A stretch of DNA of 64,000 nt from Candidatus Poribacteria bacterium. Its GTDB lineage: Bacteria > Poribacteria > WGA-4E > GCA-2687025. Position 1 is the first letter of the stretch. Each line of letters begins with the position of its first letter. Under the pieces are notes generated by a model that saw nothing but the letters and a program-made list of their open reading frames with translations, did no database searches and was not told where the DNA came from. Position numbers and translations under genes: made by a program. Shown one piece after another: positions 49,435 through 57,621 of this stretch. The stretch covers positions 1,856,001-1,920,000 of the forward strand of contig OY762492.1 in the NCBI GenBank assembly GCA_963665845.2, in the 5' to 3' direction.

Positions 49435-50243
49435 TATTTGTGTCCGGACGGAGATGTTGACGTCTTGCCTGCGAGGTCATTTGCGTTTGCCTCGTCTGCC
49501 CATGCTCGAAACGCTTCTTTTGTGTCGGGTTCACTGTATAATTCGTCCCACTTTTCTTGGGCTTTTCTTTCAGATTCCATGATCGGCTCAAACTTTTCTT
49601 CGTACAGGTCGGGGTTGAGCGAGATTGCCCAGTAGATGTCTTCGTGCGCGAGGTCGGTTTCGCCCCTTTCTTGGTGGAAGAGTCCTTTTATGAGATACGC
49701 TTCCGCGCAGAGCGGATTGAGTTCGATCGCTTTTTCAAGGCTCTGGATCGCGTTGTCCGGCGCGCCCAGTTGCCAATGCGTGTGTCCCAAGAGTATGTAG
49801 GTCGTTTCCATCGGGAGCAGCTCGCCAGATTTTTCAAAATCTGCCGCCGCTTGCTCTAACGGAAGATCGCGGTTTATTGCGTTCCACAGCAAGCCGACAA
49901 CGCCTCGGAGTCCGTAAACGCTGCCCAAAGACTCTGGATCGTCCAAATTGCGCATCAGCGAAATTGCTTCGCTAAAATGCGCTCGCGCTTTTTCAAAATC
50001 GGCTTCCGACGCGGGCGCGTCATCGTCTATCAGATGCGTCAACGCTCGTATCAACGCGGATTTTCCTGCGTCCACGGCAGATTGCGTCGGAAAGAACTTG
50101 GGCGGCGGCGCCTTTTCCGCCATCGGCAGCGTTACCTCCACCGACGCCTCCGAATTTATCGAAAGCCGCACCGGAAAAGAGGACGGAAGAGACGGCGCCG
50201 CCGCCCTATTCGATCCCGTTCCAAGCCTCTGCGTTCTCAACAT
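49434..50243 (-). CDS. TPR protein with C-terminal antitoxin-like acidic helix
   Basis: TPR motifs (AIQSLEKAIELNPLCAEAYLIKG, AISLNP); tail EKWDELYSEPDTKEAFRAWADEANANDLAGKT; TAATG overlap with the toxin-like gene. Confidence 0.75.
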   Translation of the reverse strand: MLRTQRLGTGSNRAAAPSLPSSFPVRLSINSEASVEVTLPMAEKAPPPKFFPTQSAVDAGKSALIRALTHLIDDDAPASEADFEKARAHFSEAISLMRNLDDPESLGSVYGLRGVVGLLWNAINRDLPLEQAAADFEKSGELLPMETTYILLGHTHWQLGAPDNAIQSLEKAIELNPLCAEAYLIKGLFHQERGETDLAHEDIYWAISLNPDLYEEKFEPIMESERKAQEKWDELYSEPDTKEAFRAWADEANANDLAGKTSTSPSGHK

Positions 50244-50371
50244 CTCAACAGCCTCCCGCTCAAAACCGCCCTATCAGTTTAGCGCCGGAACGGCCGCATA
50301 GCAAGCGGGCGCCGTAAGATTTCCATGCCGGCTGGATGCAAACGCGGCGGCGTTCGGATATACTTAACGGC

Positions 50372-51184
50372 ATGAACAACGCGCATATCAACAGCCCCGA
50401 AATCGTCACGACGCCGACGTTCGACTGGCTCGCCGAAAAGACGATCCGCTGCCGCAGCAAGCTGCTCATCGGAAGCCCGTATGTCACGGACGCTTTACTG
50501 GAACTGTCGCGGCTCGCGCCGAAGGGAGTGTCCAAACGGCTCGTCACCCGAACCAAAATGGGCGATTTTAGAATGGGCATGTCCAGCCTAGACGCTTTAT
50601 GCGCGTTTGCCGAGGAGGGCGCCCGCGTCTATTCGCTCAACAATCTCCATGCCAAAATCTATGTGTTTGACGAATCGACCGCGCTGGTCACATCCGCAAA
50701 CGCGACGCAGGCGGGTCTGCGCAATAACTTAGAATGCGGGCTTGCAACCAGCGACGCATACATCGCGCGCCAGCTTTCCCTAGAGCTCATGAGCGGATTT
50801 GACAACGCGGATCCGCCCCGTAGAATGAAACTGAATGAGCTTCAGGGTATGCGGGATCCGCTGGAAACCGTGAGCGTTGAGATGCCGGAAACGGAAGACG
50901 AGCGCGAAGCGGAACCGGTCATATCGGCGCCCGACAGCGAAGCGTTTTTAAATTCATTTAAGGGATGGAATCGGATCGCGCTGCGCGGCGCGTTGTCGTT
51001 CAGCGGACGCGAATTTGAAACGTCTGAATTGTATCAGGCATGCAAGGCGGACGCGAAGCGCGAATATCCGAACAACAACAACCCGAATGCAAAAATCAGG
51101 CAACAGCTGCAGTTCCTGCGCGACATGGGGCTGATTGAATTTGTAAAAGACAAAACAGGCGTGTACCGGCTGCTCGTTAGCTAA
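50372..51184 (+). CDS. PLD-family nuclease fused to a DpnI-like winged-helix domain (putative type IV restriction endonuclease)
   Basis: SPY, LHAKIYVFD (HKD), TSANAT..GL..NLECG; C-terminal YPNNNNPNAKIRQQLQFLRDMGLIEF...GVYR. Confidence 0.8.
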   Translation: MNNAHINSPEIVTTPTFDWLAEKTIRCRSKLLIGSPYVTDALLELSRLAPKGVSKRLVTRTKMGDFRMGMSSLDALCAFAEEGARVYSLNNLHAKIYVFDESTALVTSANATQAGLRNNLECGLATSDAYIARQLSLELMSGFDNADPPRRMKLNELQGMRDPLETVSVEMPETEDEREAEPVISAPDSEAFLNSFKGWNRIALRGALSFSGREFETSELYQACKADAKREYPNNNNPNAKIRQQLQFLRDMGLIEFVKDKTGVYRLLVS

Positions 51185-51681
51185 CCCCCGCGCTCCATAT
51201 GCTGTCGGATTTCAGCCAGCTCCGCCTGCGCGTTGCGCCAAAACTCTGTCGGTCGGGCGATCTCCTCCGCCAGCTCTTGATACGGCGCCGTTCCCGGTTC
51301 CGCATTGCGCCAATAGACCTCGTTCATCATCGTCTGATCAATGGCATTCACGACGTCGACTCCCTTGAGGATGCGCTCTAGGGCGTCCATGACCAGCTCA
51401 ACGTCCGGCTCCTCTTCATGCCATGTGACGTGGAACAGCGCCTCTTCAAATTTGGATTGGTCGGTTTCTAGATACAGATTGGCGAGAATCAGCGTTTCTA
51501 TGTCGGGCGGAAATTCGCGGAACAGAGAGCAGCCGCGGTTGAAATACGCCGCGACGCTGGCGACGCATTTTGGGTTGTCGGGCGTCGGCTGTTCTCTTGG
51601 GGTGAGGTCGGCGGTGTGGTCGTAGGCATCCTCGTTCTGCTTGATGAAGTCCAGCACGGTTTGGAGGCGGTCAAGGTTCAT
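51181..51681 (-). CDS. Hypothetical acidic protein
   Basis: 166-aa ORF with codon usage like its neighbours; no recognised motif. Confidence 0.6.
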   Translation of the reverse strand: MNLDRLQTVLDFIKQNEDAYDHTADLTPREQPTPDNPKCVASVAAYFNRGCSLFREFPPDIETLILANLYLETDQSKFEEALFHVTWHEEEPDVELVMDALERILKGVDVVNAIDQTMMNEVYWRNAEPGTAPYQELAEEIARPTEFWRNAQAELAEIRQHMERGG

Positions 51682-51737
51682 TCATTTTCCCTTTCCCATC
51701 AATGATGTTCACACGCTAGCATGAAGGCGCGTAAGCG

Positions 51738-52499
51738 TCAACCGCGCCGAATCAAACGAAAACGCCGGACCGAAACAACGCCAAAATCGTCAGGCTCAAC
51801 GCCGTCGCTCAATTCAACCATCGCGATCGTGTTGTCCCCAAGCTCCTTAACCGCCAGAATTCGCCTCCCCAAATCTGAAAAGTCTTGGCGGACAAGCTTC
51901 GCCATATTGGAGATCTGCGCCCGTCCGATTCGGTCGTTTTCGGTTTGGCTTTTCGCTTCGATCGGCAGGACGAAAAGCTGCCCGTTTTCATCCACCCCTA
52001 TGTACAGCGCGTCCAGTTCAACCTCCCCGACATCCTGCACGGCGCTCCGATAGTGATTCTGCAAATGAAAGCAGGTCAAGCTCGTAAAGATGTCGACGAG
52101 TCGGTTGCAAAGAATCCGCGTCAGAAGCGACTGCTCATCCCGCCGAAGAAAACCTTCAACGACTTCGGGAATGGCGTTGTAAATGTCGATAGGGGCGTAG
52201 TCGCCGAAAGCGATTTCAAAAAAGGGCGGATTTTTCAAAAGGCGAAAAGCGTATCGCCCCCTGCCGGCTCCCATGATCGCCCAATTTCCCTTATCCCGAA
52301 CGCTTTGGGGCAGAGGTCGGCGCGAGCGGTACGTGTAGACAATGTCGGGTATGTTGCGCACTTGAAGACCGAGGTCGGCTAAGACCTCGTCGAATTCGTC
52401 TTTCTCAAATTCAAAGTAATGCGCGCCTTCTTCATAATGGCGTTCAAACACGGCGGCGATGGCTTGGTCATAAATTTGACGGGACATTCGTTGGTTCAC
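51738..52499 (-). CDS. Putative type II restriction endonuclease
   Basis: EVELDALYIG...VLPIEAKS PD-(D/E)xK core; lies 4 bp downstream of an MTase gene. Confidence 0.75.
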   Translation of the reverse strand: MNQRMSRQIYDQAIAAVFERHYEEGAHYFEFEKDEFDEVLADLGLQVRNIPDIVYTYRSRRPLPQSVRDKGNWAIMGAGRGRYAFRLLKNPPFFEIAFGDYAPIDIYNAIPEVVEGFLRRDEQSLLTRILCNRLVDIFTSLTCFHLQNHYRSAVQDVGEVELDALYIGVDENGQLFVLPIEAKSQTENDRIGRAQISNMAKLVRQDFSDLGRRILAVKELGDNTIAMVELSDGVEPDDFGVVSVRRFRLIRRG

Positions 52500-52503
52500 A
52501 GCC

Positions 52504-53853
52504 TCAAGGCGCGCGGAGGATCAACACATTTTCGTCTAGGTTCGCTCTTGTGACGGTGGAGCGGCGCGTTCGCCAGAGCTCTATGCCCTCAACCTTGTAG
52601 CCTGCTTTGACGGCGACATCCGCCAGCAATTGAGCGGTATAAATGGGTATTCGGAAAAACGACGCTTGGTCGCCGACAACATATGCGCATCGCGCGCCTT
52701 TCCGCAAACGCCGCCGCAGCTCCGCCAAATGGCGAAACATGCCGCCAAAATAGAGCGAGACAACGCGGTGGTATTGACGCTCGAATCCGGACGTCTTGCC
52801 CAGCTCTATCCGCTTCTTTTCGATGGCGGCGGCGACGTTGACGACCGAGGGGATGTCGCGTATATGCCAGTTGTCGTCGTCGTTGACGTACGTGTTTCGC
52901 GTGTTGCTTCGCAGCAGATGCGATTTCAAAGCGCGCAGGTCCGCGTTGTTTTTGAGATACCCTAGCAGCACATTCTCAAGGCGCGTGCTGCGCGTATAAT
53001 CTTTTTCGTTCGGATACGGCGGCGATGTGATCACAATTCTGATTTGAGACCGCGGCTCGATTCCGTCCAGCGTCCGCGCGTCCGCCATCGTCACTTGAGC
53101 GGTCGGATAATCGCCGGAGAATCTTGGCAATATCAAGGCGAGATCGGACATCATGCGGCTCGCTGTTTGGTAAAACGCGCCCAGTACATCGACATCCTCT
53201 TTTTCCTCTGTTCGGTATATTTCAGGTCCGAATCCGATATTGCCCGCGGTGGAAACGATCGTGTTTGCCAGCGCAAGACGGAAAAAATCGGCGATGTCCG
53301 GCTCCGATACGGCGCGTTCAACAGCGTTCCGCAGCGACAACACTCTCAACAGCGGCTTGTCGCTGATAAAGCCTTTCGGGATGATCTTGCTCGTTTCGGG
53401 GGCGATGTACTCTTCAGGAACGAAGGAGGCGTCTTGATGATCTGTATCGAAGGCTGTTTTCTCTCGCAGAGCAAACAGGCGCGGTTGGTCGTCAGCCGTA
53501 TCTGGACCTGGATTGAGATCGAAGGTTTTAAGCGAGCCGGCGGCTAATTCAAGAACGTCTGCAAGCCGAGATTTCGTTTTTTCAAGATGAATCTGCCAGT
53601 TCAGTTTTGCTCTAGCGGCAAGCAGCGCAATGGGGTTCGCGTCAGAACTGATCGAGTGGTACCCCTGCATTCTCGCTTCGACAGGCGTTGTGGCGGTTCC
53701 GCAAAACGGATCGAATACGATGTCTTTGTCAGGGTTCGCATCCAGCCGCTCAAGATATTCCCGAACCAAATGGGGCGGATAACCCAGCACAAAACGGTAC
53801 CATCCGTGGATCGGTTTATCTTCCGTTTTCAGCTTATTTTTGGTTGAATTCAT
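52504..53853 (-). CDS. DNA methyltransferase, probably N4-cytosine
   Basis: HGWYRF, FDPFCGTATT (motif I), ITSPPY (motif IV), YVVGD. Confidence 0.88.
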   Translation of the reverse strand: MNSTKNKLKTEDKPIHGWYRFVLGYPPHLVREYLERLDANPDKDIVFDPFCGTATTPVEARMQGYHSISSDANPIALLAARAKLNWQIHLEKTKSRLADVLELAAGSLKTFDLNPGPDTADDQPRLFALREKTAFDTDHQDASFVPEEYIAPETSKIIPKGFISDKPLLRVLSLRNAVERAVSEPDIADFFRLALANTIVSTAGNIGFGPEIYRTEEKEDVDVLGAFYQTASRMMSDLALILPRFSGDYPTAQVTMADARTLDGIEPRSQIRIVITSPPYPNEKDYTRSTRLENVLLGYLKNNADLRALKSHLLRSNTRNTYVNDDDNWHIRDIPSVVNVAAAIEKKRIELGKTSGFERQYHRVVSLYFGGMFRHLAELRRRLRKGARCAYVVGDQASFFRIPIYTAQLLADVAVKAGYKVEGIELWRTRRSTVTRANLDENVLILRAP

Positions 53854-53868
53854 GTCTAGTCTTTCGCG

Positions 53869-55275
53869 TCAACCCGAAAAAAGCGACAGCCCCCCTATCA
53901 GGCTCATCCGCCGTTCCGTCGTGAAGTGGGAGGGTCTGGTGAACCCTTCCCCCGTCCGCCCCGCCACCGACATCGCCAAGAACCCCGGCCCGCCGATGCC
54001 GCCGCACACAAACGACGGCGCGTTCGCCACCAGGATGCCGACCTGCATTGCCCGCGCGTAGTCGCCGACCCTGTCGGTCCGCGCCGTGTGGATCATGGCG
54101 GTATGTCCGCGCCCGCCCTCGATCTGAACGCAGACCTGAACCGCCTGCTCAAACGAACGGGCGCGCACAATCGGGACAATCGGCGTCAAAAACTCCTCCA
54201 TCGCCAGGACATGATCAGCCGACGTCTCCGCCAGAACCGCCAGGTCGTCCGCCGACCCGCGGACGCCCGCCGCCTCCAGCAGAACAGACGCGTTCTGTCC
54301 GATCATCTCTGGGCAATGTTTGCCTTCGTCGGTCAAAACGGCGTTCATGAGCCTCGGCAGTTCGCTGGGTCTGAGCAGCCTTCCGCCTTGGCGCGTCATC
54401 TGGCGCAGCAGTTCGTCCGCCGCCGAGTCGACGACGACGCATGCTTTTTCGCCGATGCAGAGCAGGTTGTTGTCGAATGAGGCGCCTTCGATGACGGCGC
54501 GCGCCGCATTTTCTAGGTTGGCCGTTTCGTCCACGAGCGCGGGCGGGTTGCCGGGTCCTGCCGCCCATGTTTTTTTGCCCGATTCCAAGGCGGCGCGCAC
54601 GACGCCTCCTCCGCCTGTCGCGCAGACGGCGTCCACCTCCGCATGCTTCATGAGCGCGGACGCATGGCGCAGGGACGGCTCGGCGACCGCCGTCAACAGG
54701 TTCGGCGGTCCGCCCGCCGACACGATCGCCTCGTTCAGATACGCCATCGTTTGAAGGCAGCAGTTTGCCGCTCTCGGATGCGGGCTGAAGACGACCGCGT
54801 TTCCGCCCGCGAGCATGATGATCGCGTTGTTGATGATGGTGGAGGTCGGGTTCGTCGTCGGGGTGATCGCGTTGATGACGCCGATGGGGGCGCGTTCCAC
54901 AATCAGGACGCCGTGTTCGTTCGTTTCCGCCTGCGCCTGTATCTCTTCGACGCCTGGGCTGAGGTTGGCGGCGCCTTCATTTTTGACCAGCTTATGTTCA
55001 GGGCGCCCCATTTTCGTTTCGGCTGCCGCCATGTCTGCCAGCTCTTGGGCGCGCTCCCGACTGACCCGCCGCATCGCGTCGATGATGTCGGCGCGCATCT
55101 CCATGCCGCTTTGGGCGTATGTTTTTTGCGCGTCGCGCGCCGCGGCGACCGCCTCGTCAGGCGTCTCAAAAATGCCCGCGCCCGACGGACGCGCGACTGA
55201 CAGCGCGGTTGGCTTCTCCTGCGTCAGTTCGCGCACCACTCGTTCGGCGATTTGCCGTATCTTCGCTTCATCCAT
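53869..55275 (-). CDS. BMC-associated acylating aldehyde dehydrogenase (EutE/PduP-like)
   Basis: ETKMG, PTTNPT, ATGG, GPGNPP, FDNNLLCIGEK; N-terminal amphipathic encapsulation-type helix MDEAKIRQIAERVVRELT. Confidence 0.9.
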   Translation of the reverse strand: MDEAKIRQIAERVVRELTQEKPTALSVARPSGAGIFETPDEAVAAARDAQKTYAQSGMEMRADIIDAMRRVSRERAQELADMAAAETKMGRPEHKLVKNEGAANLSPGVEEIQAQAETNEHGVLIVERAPIGVINAITPTTNPTSTIINNAIIMLAGGNAVVFSPHPRAANCCLQTMAYLNEAIVSAGGPPNLLTAVAEPSLRHASALMKHAEVDAVCATGGGGVVRAALESGKKTWAAGPGNPPALVDETANLENAARAVIEGASFDNNLLCIGEKACVVVDSAADELLRQMTRQGGRLLRPSELPRLMNAVLTDEGKHCPEMIGQNASVLLEAAGVRGSADDLAVLAETSADHVLAMEEFLTPIVPIVRARSFEQAVQVCVQIEGGRGHTAMIHTARTDRVGDYARAMQVGILVANAPSFVCGGIGGPGFLAMSVAGRTGEGFTRPSHFTTERRMSLIGGLSLFSG

Positions 55276-55350
55276 GCCGCCTGCGCCTCTCCTCACCTCG
55301 TTTTATATAATGACGCCCTGAATTGCCATGCCGACATCAACCGCCGCATC

Positions 55351-55442
55351 CGATTCCCCCCTTGAAAAGGGGGGCTAGGGGGGTTTAAAGGACGCGGACG
55401 GTTTCTGCGATGCCCCTAGATTCCCGCTTACGCGGGAATGAC
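55351..55442. repeat. Pair of palindromic REP-like elements inside the BMC cluster
   Basis: cccccttgaaaaggggggctaggggg followed by gattcccgcttacgcgggaatgac. Confidence 0.85.
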
Positions 55443-55468
55443 TGTTGCGGTTCGCCCCTGCGGTTCGC

Positions 55469-55771
55469 TTATTCGCCTGAAGATTCTGCCGCGGCGCGCG
55501 CGATCGGGAGTACCGCCTCCGTTTCGGCATGCGGCCGCGGGATCACATGCACCGAGACGAGTTCCCCGACGGAGCGCGCCGATTCCGCCCCCGCTTCGGT
55601 CGCCGCTTTGACGGCTCCGACATCGCCGCGCACCAGCACGGTCACCAGTCCGCCGCCCACCTTTTCCATGCCGACGATGTTCACATTCGCCGCTTTCACC
55701 ATGGCGTCCGCCGCTTCGACGGCTCCCACCAGTCCGCGCGTTTCAACCAGTCCCAACGCTTCGCCTGCCAT
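55469..55771 (-). CDS. BMC hexamer shell protein (EutM/PduA/CcmK family)
   Basis: [26 protein letters not shown]...[11 protein letters not shown]...HVIPRPH. Confidence 0.97.
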   Translation of the reverse strand: MAGEALGLVETRGLVGAVEAADAMVKAANVNIVGMEKVGGGLVTVLVRGDVGAVKAATEAGAESARSVGELVSVHVIPRPHAETEAVLPIARAAAESSGE

Positions 55772-55822
55772 ATTCGCCGCTCCTTTTTCGGTTTCGTTTC
55801 GAAAACTTGTTCATAGCCGCGC

Positions 55823-56650
55823 CTACGATAAGGACGCAGCCCGCTCCTCTAACACTTCCGCCGCCACTCTCGCAATCAAAGCGGTCAACCGCTCCTCATT
55901 TATATCTTCCGACATCTCTTCCGCCGCTTCTTTCGTTTTTCCGCTGGAGGCGCCCTGATGCGCCTCTTGAATGCGCGGGTTCACATCGCACAGCGGAACG
56001 CGCGACCCCAGCCCCAGCCGCTCGCGCAGCTCCAGCAGCTCCTGCGCCTCTTGGGTCGTCAGCTCCTTGACGCCGCCCAGCGTTTTCGCCACCCATGTGA
56101 TATGCGCCGTATGCTCCAGCGTTTCCATTTTATAGTACGCGTCCATCGGGCTGGCGCCGACCGTCACCGCGCCATGATTCGCCAAGAGTATCGCGTCGCA
56201 GCTTTCGATGAGATGGTCAATCGACTGGGGCAGTTTCTCGCCGCCGGGCGTCGCATACGGCGCGAGCGGAATGCATCCGAACGAGACGATCGTCTCCGGC
56301 AGCGTCAACTCATCCAGCGCCAGCCCCGCCAACGCAAACCCGGTCGCTTTAGGCGGATGCGCATGCGCCACCGCGTGGACGTCCGGGCGCCGCCGGTAGC
56401 AATGCAGATGAAGCCTTATCTCCGACGACGGGGACAGATACCCCTCCAGCTGCTCTCCCTGCGCGTTCAGCTTGCTGATCATGTCAGGGGTAATGGAGCC
56501 TTTGCTGACGCCGGTCGGCGTCGCCAGAATATTCCCGTCTTTCAGCCGCGCGGTGATATTTCCGTCGTTCGACGCGACCATGTTGCGGGCGTATAGACGC
56601 CGCCCCGCCTCGCAGATTTCTTCGCGCAACCGCTTCTCGTCAGACATCAA
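55823..56650 (-). CDS. Class II aldolase/adducin (fuculose-phosphate aldolase-like) with C-terminal encapsulation peptide
   Basis: NDGNIT, TPTGVSKG, PSSE..LH, HAHP, LANHG; tail NEERLTALIARVAAEVL. Confidence 0.9.
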   Translation of the reverse strand: MMSDEKRLREEICEAGRRLYARNMVASNDGNITARLKDGNILATPTGVSKGSITPDMISKLNAQGEQLEGYLSPSSEIRLHLHCYRRRPDVHAVAHAHPPKATGFALAGLALDELTLPETIVSFGCIPLAPYATPGGEKLPQSIDHLIESCDAILLANHGAVTVGASPMDAYYKMETLEHTAHITWVAKTLGGVKELTTQEAQELLELRERLGLGSRVPLCDVNPRIQEAHQGASSGKTKEAAEEMSEDINEERLTALIARVAAEVLEERAASLS

Positions 56651-56775
56651 CCGCCCCCTGAACCGCGTTTAAATGAACGCCTATAATGTAGCGCCGATAG
56701 CCGCGCGATTCAATACAAGGTTTTCTGACAGCGGTACGCTCATACGGCGATATTCGCGGCGCCGCGGCAACGACT

Positions 56776-56862
56776 CCCCCTTGAAAAGGGGAGAGTTCTG
56801 GAAGCCCCCTTGAAAAGGGGAGAGTTCTGGAAGCCCCCCTTGAAAAGGGGGGTTGGGGGGTT
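56776..56862. repeat. Three tandem CCCCCTTGAAAAGGGG hairpins
   Basis: cccccttgaaaaggggagagttctggaag unit repeated. Confidence 0.9.
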
Positions 56863-56915
56863 TTCGGCGCCATCGAAACCGTTCGCGTTCACCCCAAGCG
56901 TCCATACTACCCGCC

Positions 56916-57585
56916 GTCATTCCCGCGCAAGCGGGAATCTAGAGGCAGACCCGAAGCCGTCCGCATCCCCGGCCGTCATTCCCGCGTAAGCGGGAATCCA
57001 GAGGCAAACCCGAAATCGTCCGCGTTCACCCCAGGCGTCTGGCGGTCCAAAAAGTCATTCCTGCGCAAGCGGGAATCCAGAGGCAGACCCGAAGCCGTCC
57101 GCATACCCGGCCGTCATTCCCGCGTAAGCGGGAATCCAGAGGCAAACCCGAAATCGTCCGCGTTCACCCCAGGCGTCTGGCGGTCCAAAAAGTCATTCCC
57201 GCGCAAGCGGGAATCTAGAGGCAGACCCGAAGCCGTCCGCATCCCCGGCCGTCATTCCCGCGTAAGCGGGAATCCAGAGGCAAACCCGAAATCGTCCGCG
57301 TTCACCCCAGGCGTCTGGCGGTCCAAAAGTCATTCCCGCGCAAGCGGGAATCCAGAGGCAGACCCGAAGCCGTCCGCATCCCCGGCCGTCATTCCCGCGT
57401 AAGCGGGAATCTTAGCCGCTGTTGTCGTCTGAACTAGGATTGCCAAGATGGAAAAGATTGCCAAGAAAATTCCCGCGCGCCGCTAATCTTGGCAATCTTA
57501 ATCATCCTTCCATCCTAGTTCAAAACCAATCCCCAACCCGCGCCTAAGATTCCCGTTTTCACGGGAATGACGGAAAGGGCGCCGC
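56916..57585. repeat. Array of ATTCCC-N8-GGGAAT palindromes with alternating spacers, followed by a long hairpin element
   Basis: gtcattcc copies at 56916, 56975, 57054, 57113, 57192, 57251, 57329 and 57388 (59/79-bp alternation); then tgaactaggat...atcctagttca and an inverted copy near 57548. Confidence 0.93.
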
Positions 57586-57621
57586 TTGCGCTCATGCGCG
57601 GAAGGCGCTATAAACGTGTCC

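Noticed and set aside
51738-53853. Assigning a recognition sequence to the type II R-M pair from apparent rarity of some palindromes such as CTCGAG
   Set aside because: Cannot be counted reliably by eye; needs k-mer statistics and REBASE comparison.
56916-57412. Possible CRISPR array
   Set aside because: The spacers are two sequences that alternate and repeat rather than being unique, the repeat is dispersed in both orientations across the window, and no cas genes are present.
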